Source of the DNA: Paragordius varius
Taxonomy: Eukaryota; Animalia; Nematomorpha
Length of the DNA stretch: 64,000 nt
NCBI GenBank assembly: GCA_964247055.1
Contig: OZ176057.1
Location: 5,518,001 to 5,582,000, forward strand
Direction of reading: 5' to 3'
The notes beneath the pieces were generated by a model. The model made no database searches. It worked only from the letters and a program-made list of their open reading frames with translations, and had not been told where the DNA came from. A program made the translations under genes and the position numbers. Position 1 is the first letter of the stretch, and the number at the start of each line of letters is the position of its first letter. This document shows positions 24,252 to 37,550 of this stretch, piece after piece.

Positions 24252-27118
24252 CTTTGGATCACAAGTATATAAAAACAATCAATTTTTATATGGTAAAATT
24301 TTTCTGCATTTAAATAAAATATTTTTGGTGAAAGCTAGATAAATATTTCAATTTTTAGATAGGGGCTCCAAAAGTCCTAAATCGGCTACTCCATTTAAAT
24401 TAAACGCAAAAATGCCGGGATTTCGCGATATTATTTTAAATATATGCTAAATTTTGATACCCATAATATTTAAAAAAATGCATAGCATACTTTTTTCAAA
24501 AATTTAATTTTTAGCAAAATTTTGTTGGATTTAATTAACAGGCTGATCTTATGTTTTAGATACATCTGTCAACTGCCATTACGCCTTCACGTTTTGGTTA
24601 AAATTATTATTATTTTTAAAACTTTAAAATAACTTCTGCCAAAAAATAATTTTTCATTTTTAAAGTTCTGAGTTTTATATGTGGGCATATATTAATTAAG
24701 AGAATATGTGGTTATAAAAAAGGAATGCGTTAATTAATCAATTTAATTACAGTAAAAATTGAACTTATACGGATGAAACGTAACATTATAAAAGACAAAA
24801 AAAATTCAAAAAACAACTATACTTTGTGAACCTTAATTTATCACTAATCGTTTGAATACAATCGTTAAACATTATTTGTGTAACCAATTTATATTTCTAT
24901 TTTATACTTTGCAGTTTACAACAACAGTTATATTCACCATTTACAATTCAAATTCACCCTAAAAATAAATTATGTGTTCGGGTTAATATAACTCCACATT
25001 AATAATGTGATATAATCTTATACCATAGTTTATTATTTTTTCATTTAAATTTCATTTTTTAAAAATATTAGAAAATATAGGTTATTTTTTAACTTTAAAA
25101 AAACACATAAGGATGAATTTAAATACATCACGGGTGAACTCGAACTGTAAATGGTACATATAAAAAAACAGTGATTTTAATATGGTTGAAAAATAAATTT
25201 GTCTTTATATTCTTAGGTTTTGTCCGTATATTTCACTTTTTACTGTCTATGTCATAAAATAAAATTAGCTTGACTTACTCATATCATATAAAGTTACAAT
25301 ATTTGTAACAATTTGTAGCCAATCAGTTTCATTCAATCTGTATAAATAAACAGATATAAGTATTTAAGTTATAGTAATAGATCCTTTTTATCTGTAAATA
25401 CCGTTAAAATTTAAAATATAATTATGATGATACTAAAAAAATATATGTTCTAATTCTGGTAAAGAAATATAATGAGTGGGGGATTTTACTATTTACATAT
25501 ATTAATATTTGAAAACCCGTAACCCAAAACAAAGAGGTTTGTCTTTTAAATTAAAATATCATTTTTTTATGTATAATAATCATATATTCTTACTTTCTAA
25601 CATCGGATTCACGACAAAAGGGCCATATTGAATTGCCATTTATGATCTCTGCACAAGCTATTCGAATCTATGTTTAGTTTGATGAAATTTAAAAAGAAGT
25701 TTCTTTGTTTTACCAACAAATTAAGAGAAATTTAAAGTGAAAGTTTAAAATACTAACCTTATAGTTTTGAGCTATAAGCAAAATAATTATAAATTAATGT
25801 ATTACCGGAGTCTCTAGGGGTTTCATCCATAAAAATATATAATATGATTAAATAAATTTAGTATTGTGGAATAGTATAAATATTGTTGGGTATGATTGAT
25901 TGTTGCCAAATATAACCAGTCAAAATTTAAACATATAATATCATTTAATATAAATTTCTAAAGCTGAGTTTTTGTCGTATGTTGTATGTATTCAAAATTA
26001 AGACCATTTAAAAAATAATGGGCTACCGACCAGGTAAGGCGGTATTCCTAGGCAATCAGACCGGCTTATTTTTACCCGGTCCTGGTCAATATAAATAAAA
26101 ATATTCTTACACTAATTACAAAAAATATAAAGACATATATAATTTTTTTAAAGACAGCTCTACTTAACTTGGTTTTTTTGAATATAACTCTTTGTTTTAT
26201 ATAAGGTTTTAGAAAGTATGGTTATCTTTGGAAAAAAATTATTTGTCTTTATAATTTACGTTTTCTCAGTATAATTTCAATTTTAATGTAATAGACTCAC
26301 CTAGGTAGATATTGGGCCAAAGATTGATAATTAACCTTGATTAATGCATTGTTTAATGTAGTGAAATTGTCGTGATCCATATAACAAATGTGATTATTTG
26401 AGGTATTAAACTTGAGAATAGGGCTCATTGGACATAACTTGATTGTGGGCAAAAATATATTTATATTATAAAGACAAAATAAAAATGTTAGTTTTTTGAT
26501 GTAGCTATATATTTTATATGATCTGACTTTACCTGACCAAAAATATAGCAGATTATGACCACATATTGGAATTTAAGAGTAACTAATTATTTAATAAAAA
26601 AAATTTAAATTCTAACGACCACCGTTTTTTTAAAATAATTTTTGCATAATAATCGTAGCGATCGCCAAATAAATGGGTGTTATAAAACAAAAAAAAGTGT
26701 TAATATTTAAATTTTGGCCTTTTTCACATGTTAGAATCCGAAAATCATTAGGTAATCTTGTATACAAATAAAGAAACCACAGTTTTAAGCAGATGTATGT
26801 TAAATTTTTGTAGATTATAGCTAAAAGTATCATTTTATTAATACATTTAGACTTCAAATTCACCCTTAAACAATTCAAATTCATCCCAAAAATAAATTAT
26901 GTGTTTTATAAGATTAATTACCTATATTTTTTCATATTCCTAAAAAATAAATAATTTGTTTTTAATTAAAATATTAAAATAATCTACTAAGTCATAATGA
27001 TATATTTCATAAAAATGAGTTACATTAGTCCGAAAACACATAATTTATTTTTAGGGTGAATTTGAATTGTTCAAGGGTGAATTTGGATTGTAAATGGTAT
27101 ATAATATAGAAAAATTAA

Positions 27119-27154
<36 letters not shown>

Positions 27155-27327
27155 TGCCTTTGATATTTTAATAGCGAGAAACATTGTTGGTTTTTTTTCA
27201 ATTATAAAACCAACACTTTTTAACCTAAACTTATATCTATTATGTAAAAATTAAATATCTAAAAAATTCATGATTCATTGGTTATAAATGATTAATAATC
27301 CTTATTACATTAATTTTTTATAAACAA

Positions 27328-27743
27328 CTAGCGTAAATCTCGTGCTGCTACGCAGCCCGAGGAAGTCCTTCGGACTTCTGGGGGGGGAATGGCATTTTAC
27401 GGGGGGAGCGGGAAAAGTGGGACTAAATCAAAAAAGCGAGACGACTATGTTCGGCGCAATCGAAAATAAGTAAACAAATATCATATTTGAAATTGAATGG
27501 TCCAACACGTTCTCCGGAAAATTGTCTCAAAGAAACGATTTTGGTGGACTTCTGTTTTCAAAAAAACCCGTTTTTCATACGGGGTGGGCCCGAACTGGGG
27601 GCCTCTTTCAAAAAAAGGGCGAAGCTATTGTCTGGGCATTCATTAATGATTATATTTTTTCGATGTTTGGATTTGAATGGGTCTACCGGTTTTCCTGTAC
27701 CAGATCACAAAGCCAACATTTTCCATTTTTATAAATATATAGA
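27328..27743 (-). mobile_element. Short non-autonomous Helitron (416 bp)
   Basis: Same 5' end as the 18445 element; 3' hairpin GCTGC-GTA-GCAGC about 11 nt before CTAG|T. Confidence 0.85.
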
Positions 27744-29042
27744 TTAGAATATTAATTTGTGTTCATTTTTTCAAATGTGAAGTGTTTACGATTAAAATTT
27801 TGAGTTTGATTGGAACAGTTGTTTATAATCAAAATAATTCTATAGAGTAAAAATTGAAATTATACGGAGAAAATGTAAAAATATTAAGAGAAATATTTTC
27901 TAAAAGACAACCATGCTTTTACCTTAATTCTTCTCATATAAGCTATTTAGTTACGATTGTAAAATATAGAATTGATTGTGTTAGTAAAATATATATCTTT
28001 ATTTCACACTTTGCCACTAAAACAATGAGTTATATTGATATAAATTAAGATTTATTAAAAAGTATGGTTGTTTTTTAGAAAAAAATATTTATCTTTATAT
28101 TTTTACGTTTTGTCCGTATAATTTCAGTTTTTATTGTAATTACCCAAAAATGTCTTTTTTCATGAGAATATGTAAACATATGCATGTTCCACGTAATAAA
28201 TATCGGTATGCCTAAAAAATAAATATCCGTATTTATTAATTATTAAAGATAACCAGATGAATAGCAAAATATAATATATTAATTAAAGTTAATAAATAGC
28301 CTTAAAATAAAATTACAGTAAAAACTGATATTATACGGACAAAACGTAAAAATATAAAGACAAATATTTTTTTTTAGAAGACAACCATACTTGTAAATCT
28401 AGATTTCAATATTTTAAATGGCAAAATTTAAAATAGAGATATCTATTACTAACACGATCAACACTTTATTTTACAATTGTAACTAAATAACTTATATGAG
28501 AAAAATCAAGTTTAAAAGTATGATTGTCTTTTAGATATAAGTATTTGTCTTTATATTTTTACGTTTTGTCCGCATAATTTAAATTTTTACTGTAAGTATT
28601 TGATTTCGCAATATTTTATGATAATGACATTTACGGAGTTATAAATAATAATACTCATTTAAAATTTATTTTTTATACAGCACCATATTTTATAAGCGAA
28701 AATTTAAAAAATATTTGGTGGTAAAAAGTTTGAAAAATATTTTTAAAATATTATTCATTTTTTCATTTTAGGATTACAAGGTGCTTTTATACTCAAAAGA
28801 TAGTTATAATTATTAAAGTTTAAAAGTAAGAAATGCTTATTAAAAACGCATAATGCACATTTTAAATAGTCGCATTTCTTAGCTGTAGTGTTTTTTTTAT
28901 TATATGGCGTCGTTTTCCTTATTTTCGGAATCGAAATAATAGTTCAGTCTATCAAAAAATTATATTCTTAAAAATCTGATATTATATCATTTAAAAAATG
29001 AGTAGCACAAATAAAATTTGTAATAACATTATATTATATTAC

Positions 29043-31634
29043 CGTTCGTTGATAATAGGGGATATATGTAGTATTGCATTGTGATATTATCCAAAATTCT
29101 ATGAAGAATAATATTGAATAAAATTAGTTGTAAATTCAAAAATTAGGAAAAAGTTTCACATACATTTCAGGACATGGCGATATGTATATTCTCAATTGAG
29201 ACAAAAAATTCTCACATTTAAGGAAAAGGTAGGTTTCAATATATTTATTTTTAAAATCATTGACTCTGATATTCTCCATACGATTGCCACTGTAGTTTTG
29301 AGATTCATGCTTGATATTTGGTTGTTTATACGATAATGTATTTGGTAAGATAAAATGTTCGCCGCTACCCGAGTCTATATATATATATATATATATATAA
29401 CTACGGACAAAACGTAAAAATATAAAAGCAAGTATTTTCTAAAAGACAAGCCCATACTTTTTAAACCCTTAATTTTTCTCCTATAAGCTATTAAGTTACA
29501 ATTGTAAAATATAGAATTGATTGTATTTGTAATATATGTATATCTATTTCACACTTTGCCATTTAAAACGATCAGTTATATTGAAATAAATCTAGATTTA
29601 AAAAATATGGCTGTCTTTTAGAAAAAAATATTTATCATATTTTTTATCCGTATAATTTCAGTTTTTACTGTGCATTTATAAATTTTATACACTGATAACT
29701 TTGGGACTTTCACCAAAAAAACTTTATTTTATGTGCGATGATAAGGAGCAATGTAACAATTATCTGGGGGTAGTTTTATAACCATAAAAAGTATTTAAGG
29801 TATTAAGCCAAATTTAAAAATATGCTTTCTTTAGCCTTTTAAGGCGCATTATGCGAAATAATTTTTAAAAAAATGTAAAATTGCAAAAAAATCCTTATTT
29901 CAAAATTTTTTGCCACATTTTTTTCTATATTCTTTTTTAATCGCTTATGCAACATGCAAAAAATGTATATTATGGTTAAATAATGTAAATATTTAACTTA
30001 AAAGAATCAACCTACATTTTACCAGCAAAAACTTGATATATTTAGATTATTATATCAGCTGTTCCTTTTAATCATGTTTGGAGCTGTCTTAATTTTAGAC
30101 TCAAGAAGTCACAAAACTGTATAAAATACAAGCTTTTTTATCTAATACATAAATGTTTGATAATTAAATTTTAACTAAAGCATCTTTCAAAACTGTTATT
30201 TACATAGTGGTATATAAAACTACCCCGAGAAGTAAACTAGGAAAAAATGTGAAAATGTAATGAAGTGTTAATAATGTAATCCTTTTCTAAATAACTCTTA
30301 GCAAAACTATAAGCGAGATGATAATTTAGATGTACTAACATAAAGTATACATCATCAAGGCAGTTTATATGTGTGCACTCTACGTATATAAATGTAAATC
30401 AAATTATTTGTTCAATAAATAACACTACGTATTTTGGGAAACACATGTTTCCCAAATATAATTTATGCCTGCAAAAGTGCGAAGCGCTATTGATTCGCTT
30501 AATTGGCCATATGCAGGCGGTCCATTTTAGAGAGGTACAGGGACTATATTATGATTTCTGGAATGGGGTAACTCAAATCCCAAAGCCTAAATTTAATTTT
30601 ATTCTTTTGTTACGTATATTTTAGCAAACTATGCTAAAATCCAGTAGTTTTTACAGTATTAAAACTTCCAATGTCTTTAGAAGCACTAATTAACTCGAAT
30701 AAATAGGTGAGTTAATTTCAACAATATTTTTTATTTATGCACCCGTAAAAGGCCATATAATGCACATTTATAAATTTGGCCTATATCATAGATATAGCTA
30801 AGCATTATTTTGATTTTTTTAGGGTTACCCCAAATTAATGCGGGATATTTTGAAACCCTGATATTGCCCATATAGCGCCCACCTAAATATTATACCGATT
30901 TTAGAAAAAAATGGTAGAGCAGAACACATCTAAAAAAACAAAAAAGTGTAGTGTTTATTTTTATTTTTTTGATGATTTAATTATTATTTTTATAGATATA
31001 TTTAATTTTAAAGGTTGAATGAACAATGTTAAGGAATGTAAAGTATTTTGAATTGCTTGTTAAAACTATTATATTAGTTAAAATTTATAGCAATCTACAT
31101 AATTTAAATAAAAATATCGGAAAGGGTATACATACAATTTGCACATTTTTTGACATTTTTTTTCAAGAATATAAAAATATAACATTATATCTTTTCACAG
31201 ATTACTTTTCTAAGCTTATATAAAATAGCTAACGTGTAATTTTTGATTGTCTTTTATTTTATTGTAATTAAAATGGCTAAAATTGGAAATTAAAATGTCT
31301 GTTGACATGTATGATATCTTTCATTTTTCATTTATAGATATTTAATTAACCGTTTTACATTCCACAAAATCTTAAAATGTGAGTAATAAAAAAACAAAAA
31401 AGATCATGCAACACACAATCACCTTTGCCATTTAAAACGAAATAAAAGCCCCCTCCATCTATTGTATCTAAATTTATATGAAAAAAGCCTAAATTATATT
31501 TAATATTTATTTTGAATTATACCTGTATCAATTGCCGAATTATCGGATGAAATTAGCATTAGCAAGTTTACAATGCCAAAACAGGCAAAAAATATTAGAT
31601 ATATTATAAATATTTCGGAAATCTTCCGGTGCAT
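29043..31634 (-). CDS. 5' exons of an unidentified type II membrane / signal-anchor protein (gene probably continues toward ~16.4 kb)
   Basis: Exons 31634-31523 (MHRKISEIFIIYLIFFACFGIVNLLMLISSDNSAIDT), 29374-29164 and 29098-29043 join GT-AG in frame. No family motif recognised. Confidence 0.45.
29700..30170. repeat. Unclassified interspersed repeat, 3 diverged copies (~29700-30170 +, ~35130-35620 -, ~36060-36470 +)
   Basis: Shared block AAAACTTGATAT...TCAGCTG...TTGGAG...AGACT...AAGCTTTTT ATC in both orientations; ends not resolved. Confidence 0.55.
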
Positions 31635-31988
31635 AATTTTTGAAGTATATGTTAAATTTTATTTTATCATTTTTTGTATTTAAATTTATTCCATCTATTT
31701 TGAAAAATAGAAAATATATCTAAATATATATTTGTATTTACTCTATTTAATCGTTTTGTAATTGAGGTTGAGAAAATTAATTAATTTTATCAAAACATCT
31801 ATCTTATATACCTAAAGAGTTCATCCTCTTATGCGATTTAATGTTTTTTTAAAAATAAAATATTAATACAATTGTTATGTCATCAAGAGAAATAAAAAAA
31901 CAATAAAATTGGTATGTTTAACCATTTTTACACAAATTAATCAATTATATTGAATTAAATGTTAGGGCGCAAACCTAACATACTAAGT

Positions 31989-33650
31989 CAGGGCTTCTTA
32001 AAATTTTGTAGTTCCCTACCCCATTTATGATGGCGTTTTTCTTAACGACGCCAAATATAAAAGAAAAATAATAGGTTCTTCGGAATAACACTTAGAAATT
32101 TTGTTGATAATATTTATCAGGATTATTTCGGTTTTAAGAGATTGACAAAAATAAATCTAAATTTTTTATTAATTTCTATAACATTTTCTGATTCATAGTA
32201 AATTTATACAAGATAATTTCGGTTTTAAGAGATTAACAAAAATAAATGTACATTTTTTATAAATTTCTATAAGATTGATTCATAGTAAATTTATACAAGA
32301 TACTAGCTGGCCCTGTTACGCTTCGCTGTGGCGTAGTCTCACCGATAATCTTAATAATTTGCAATAAATAGTTAATGGAGATAAAAAAATAATAAAAAAC
32401 ATATTTAATAAAAAATGTCTTTAATTATTCTTTTACGAATTTTTGCATAGGCTCAATAATTGTTTCGAAATCGACCATATTTAAACGTCCCTTATTAAAG
32501 TTAATATTCAACTATCATTGGATTTATTTTAAGATTTTTATTTTACGAAATCAGGGTTAAAAGTTTTATTTTGAAATTGTGTTCACACAACTGGGATCAA
32601 GGGATATAAAAAGTAAATCATTTTTGGTCCCTTTTTACAGGAAAGAATGATATATTATCCAGAAATGTGCTTAACTGAACTGTATGCCTGCTTAAATTTT
32701 TTGAAAATTAACTCCAAAACTACGCCATTTTTATATGGCGTCTCATTTTGAAATGGTAGACCCCTACACATGGACCTGTTTGAAAAAGCGTGAGTTAAAT
32801 TCTTTGCCTTTAAAGGGCAAATATTTGGAATCATCTTTGATGCCATTCATGGGTTATTCGAAAAAATACCTTAACACTAAATAATCGTTATATGATGGCG
32901 TATTTTCAACGGCTAATAAAACAAACGCCCGATTTAAATTTTAAGTTGTGGGTAATATTTCAAGCTTATAATGAGATCATATGGCTTCATATCTGTAAAT
33001 TAGCTCCAAAACAACGCAATTTCTATATAGTGGTGCAGTTTTAGCGGCTATCTGTTTACCCAGGATCAAATATTAAAAAACGCAAGACTAAAATTTTTGC
33101 CTTTTAACAGAGAATACCTGGAAACCTCATTGAATTTTAACGGTATCGTACCCTGGGAAAAAAATTATTTAGTTTTTTTGAAAAAATAGCATTTTACGTA
33201 AAAAAGTAACCCGACTATGTTCGGCGCCAATCGATAAAAAGTAAAAAAAACATATTTGAAATCGACCAACACGTTTTCCGGTAAATTGTTTCAAAGAGGA
33301 TTTTTGTGGAATTGTGTTTTCAAAAAAACCTGTTTTTTACACGGGGTGGGCCCGAACCGGGGCATTCCTTTATGATTATATTTTTTTGACATTCGGATTT
33401 GAATGGGTCTACCGGTTTTCCGGAAACAGATCACAAAGCCAGCATTTTCCGTTTTAAATATATAGATTATAATGATCAATATAGAAATGCTGGTATCAAC
33501 AGTCTTTCCACCAGAAGATTTTAGGATATATTTATAGACGATGATTGTTACTTTTCTTTTTAACAATAATTTTACCAGTTTAAATACATTTTTTGTTAAA
33601 TTGTATTTTTATAACTCGCGACCCCGCGGCTCATAGTTTAAGAAGCCCTG
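31989..33650 (-). mobile_element. hAT (Buster-type) non-autonomous element carrying a Helitron (copy 2, complete)
   Basis: Perfect 14-bp TIR CAGGGCTTCTTAAA/TTTAAGAAGCCCTG; perfect 8-bp TSD TACTAAGT (31981-31988, 33651-33658). Confidence 0.93.
32303..33466 (-). mobile_element. Non-autonomous Helitron nested in the hAT element
   Basis: TC 5' end at 33466, CTAG 3' end at 32303; same flanking sequence as the 18445-19687 copy. Confidence 0.82.
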
Positions 33651-33675
33651 TACTAAGTTATAAGCATGATTTTAA

Positions 33676-34540
33676 CACTACGATTCAAAATGGGGTATCT
33701 AGGGTCCCCTGACTAAATTTTAGTTGATATTTTGAAAAAACATCCCGAAAGAAATGGTTTAAAATTAAAATGTGTTTATTCTAATAAAAAATATATAAAT
33801 TAGCCAAAATATCTAAATAAAATTTTGTTTGAAAAGTTCTATTTCAAACACTTCGAAGCCATATTTATTATACTATATTTATGCAATATATCGAGATTAG
33901 AATGATGTGTGGGGTAACAAGAAGAATAGATTTATTCGTGGGAGCACAGATATTAAACCAATAGTGGAAAAATGTCAAAAAATAGGCTCCTTTGGTTTGG
34001 GCACATTGAAGAGATTCTAATTATATTGCAAAAATAATAGATGGTTATATAGTTGAGGGAAAACGAGGACGTGGGCGACCTAAAACAAAATGGATAGATA
34101 CAGTAAAAAGAGAGCTAGCAGAATACGAGCTTAATGCAGAGGACGCCATAGATAGAGTTCTATGGCGAGGCAGGTTGTATAACATGACCGCTCTTACGAG
34201 TGAAAAAATTTAATGTAATAATAATAATCGTGATTTATAGCAAATTATTAATTTCACATCTAATATTGAAATTAACCGAAAAAGTGGTTTGTTTATTTCT
34301 AATTTTTATTTAGCTAATGCACAAATGTCTAGTTGATTAAATTTTTATCTTGAGGTTTATCCATAAAATTAGTAATCTCTATTTTTTAAATAAAACTCTT
34401 TTTATATTTCGGTGTAGCAATGTTATACTAATGCAAACTTTTGAAATTGTTTCAATTTGTTTTATAATTATTTGATTTTAAACAGGCCTAGGGTCTCCAA
34501 AGACCCCAATATGAATCGGAAAAGAATAGGTATTCAAGTG
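33676..34540. mobile_element. piggyBac-type MITE (family P) interrupted by an RTE fragment
   Basis: TTAA|CACT at 33672 and AAGTG|TTAA at 34536-34544; body colinear with the other family-P copies on both sides of the insert. Confidence 0.8.
33896..34228 (+). mobile_element. 5'-truncated RTE copy (3' end), diverged relative of the 1997-5347 element
   Basis: Frameshifted MCGVTR...IRGSTDIK...WFGHIE...KRGRGRPKTKWIDTVKR...DRVLWR, followed by the conserved 3' UTR and a (TAA)n tail. Confidence 0.9.
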
Positions 34541-37507
34541 TTAAGTAATCAAATTAGAACTTTTTCGATTTCCCTTTCTACTAAAACCTATATAAACAAC
34601 AAGTATAGTTTATTTATTTTGGGGGTTTTTCGGCGTTTCTAACTTTTAATTGGTTTTTTAATTTGAATATTCGAATCTAATTAATCGCAGTTGAAGACTT
34701 ATTTTTGGACTTAAGAAATTATGACATTAAAGTGAGCAGTGTTTAAATAACTATTATTTTAATTTGTCCACCAAGAACCCATATTTCAGATCTATTCTTA
34801 TTTAATTAATTGAATTTATGTTTAATAAATGATAGTGTAATAGGCGGAGAGCCGGATTCTTACACTGTGTGTATGGAGTGACAGAAATCGATTTCCATCT
34901 CAGCTCTGGTCATGTGAGCTTACGCAAATCTATCTCCTCACCTTTTAATGTAAAAAAGGCAAAAGATTCTAAGCTAAACTGTATTTGAATAAATCCATAT
35001 AATTTACGTGCATTATAATTGACGACAATTTTATTATAAACTTCGGACAGTTTAAATGGTCCTTAACAATTTTAAGTTAATCTTTTAATATGTCAAATTG
35101 GTTTTTAGATATTTTAAGGGGATTGTATGTTTAATGGTAAATCTTCATGGCATTTTAACTTTTTTATAAGCGATGACATAATGGGGTAGATTTATATCCC
35201 ATTAAATATAATATTCTTTAAGAATTCTTTGAGATAAAATTTAATTGACATTATTCTCTGTATTTGATAAAAAAGCTAGTATTTATACAGTTTTGTCGCT
35301 TCGAGAGACTATTGGTACAGCTTTAAAACACGATTAAATTAAACAACTGATTTATAAAATCAGTAAATATCAAGTTTTTCGCTGGTAAAATGCAATCAAA
35401 AACATTACTCAAGTTATTTTACATTTTTAAATCATAACAATTTTTGTCTACTATATTAGCAATTTAAAAAAAATTCTAAAAAAATGGGGCGAAAACGAAT
35501 ACGATTTCACATTTTTCAAAAATATTTTTTATGCATCTATAGGGCTAGAGAAAGCACATCAAATTCGGGCTAACTTAGATATTTTCTAAAAATATTTAAA
35601 TTTTAAATCGCTTAGAGATATAAAAGTACTTTAACAATTATGTTAAACTTAATTTCTATTTATAATAATTTTAATTTTTCAATTATAAATTTTTCAATAC
35701 AACATTATTTGTTAAGTCTTTGTCAACAGTATTAATTTATAATGCCTTTAACGGATAAAAATATTTTCAGTCATTTTATATATTTTCAGTCATTTTATAA
35801 ATTTTCATCGAATTTGAATTTATATTAATACATTAAAAGATACTGTTAAACGAAAAATAAATTGTACTTAAACGTAAAGGATATAATATAATTACAAATA
35901 ACTTTAAATAGTTAGAAATGAGGACCAAAATGTTCAGGAATCATGAAAGATAATTAAAATGGATTGATTGATGAGATTTATATATGTCTAAATTATTGGA
36001 TATTTTGATTATTAACAACTGATGGTTGATATAATTTGATTGCTAAAAATTGTGGTTCGCCTTATGACTTTTGGGGAAGTTTTATATCCCAGAGGGATTA
36101 TATTTTTATATCTTTAAAATATTTAAGGCAAAAACCGAATTTAAAAGTATGTTTTCTTTAGTTAAGGTGCATGCTTCATGAAAAAACTTTCAAAATATAA
36201 AATTTTATTATCACTAACTCAAACCTTTTCGCCGATTTTTTCTTTTTTAATCGCTAATACAATGGTTAAATAAATGCATTTGATTGTTAAAAATTAAAAA
36301 TATTAAAAATATTTCAGGTTACATTTTCAGCAAAAACTTGATATTTTATGATTTTAGATCAGCTGTTTATTTCAAGCGTTCTTTGGAGTTGTCCCAATTT
36401 CAGACTACAAAAGTTACAGAACTGTAAAATATATAAGCTTTTTATCAAATACAGGATAACAATGTTTGATATTCTAGTCATCAAGGTTTAGGATTCCATT
36501 TTTTGCATTTTCTGTTAAATAATACAATGCAAAAGACAAAAAATTTGAGGGCACCAATAGGATTTTTAAAATTTGATTGTTTATTTTGTATTATCTATTC
36601 GCATACATATTATCAAATATTTAAACGAACAAGTCGATATAAATGAAATTTTAGAGGCAGTTTTTACTATTATTTTAGAACGAAAATGCAAGATTATCCA
36701 TAATTTTTCATGTGTGGTAGTTAATTTATATCTAAGAAAATAATTTACGGAATATCGATGTTAATGCTGGAAAACATTTTACAAGTATTTTGAAACCAAA
36801 ATTGATAATGACACAGCATGGGTCCTAAGATATGCTACGCATGTCGCATTTTTTTGCGCAGTTGGAAAATTCATAAAAATATAATTCCATTTCCTTACCC
36901 ATGATATGGCCCAGCAAATCATAATAAGTTCCTATTACATTTAGAGTGCTATTTTTGCCTTTGTGATTATTTCCAAGCTTTTCAGGCACGAAATAAGAAA
37001 CCAAATGTTTATGTACCTACAAGACCGGTACCAGATTGATATGGCAAGACTATTATTATATATTCGGGCGTCATGTATGTCGCCAGGCGGATAATACATC
37101 TACAGAGGTTGATTTTTCTGAAGCGTCAACAGTTACCTGCACATAATCGTATCTCTTAACATAATCTTGGTATAATTTTTTCGGCTAATATATCCAGATG
37201 TGGGTGCACTAAATTTGCATCTATAAAAGTATTATTGCCTGACGGCTTACATGACGCCAGAATATGTAAAAATAGGTCTTAAACATGGAAAATGCAGCCA
37301 AGTATGGTATCTTATTAAGAGATAAGGGTTATGGGATACAAAAATCATATTACACCTATCAAAGCGCATACTATGGACAACGAGATCCGTTACAATTATC
37401 TAAAAATCAAGGAACGAATGTTGGTAGAACCCCTATATTAGGGTAAGACAGATTTGGTCCCTGATATAATTTAATCATGCGGTGCGCTATTTAACATAGG
37501 TAATATA

Positions 37508-37550
<43 letters not shown>

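Noticed and set aside
26025-26085. Twister ribozyme or U1 snRNA resemblance (CCGGGTAAAA, CTTACCTGG)
   Set aside because: Element order is incompatible with the twister fold, and similarity to U1 is limited to about 9 nt.
27487-27747. ORFs at 27487, 27522, 33291, 61646 and 61756 that resemble each other
   Set aside because: All come from the same non-coding Helitron 5' segment, with inconsistent frames and no Rep/helicase motifs.
30373-30624. 83-aa ORF and the GC-richer block around it
   Set aside because: No frame on either strand joins neighbouring exons without stops; no motif.
34840-34950. Small GC-rich patch, possible ncRNA or SINE
   Set aside because: No tRNA A/B boxes, no stable fold and no second copy in the window.
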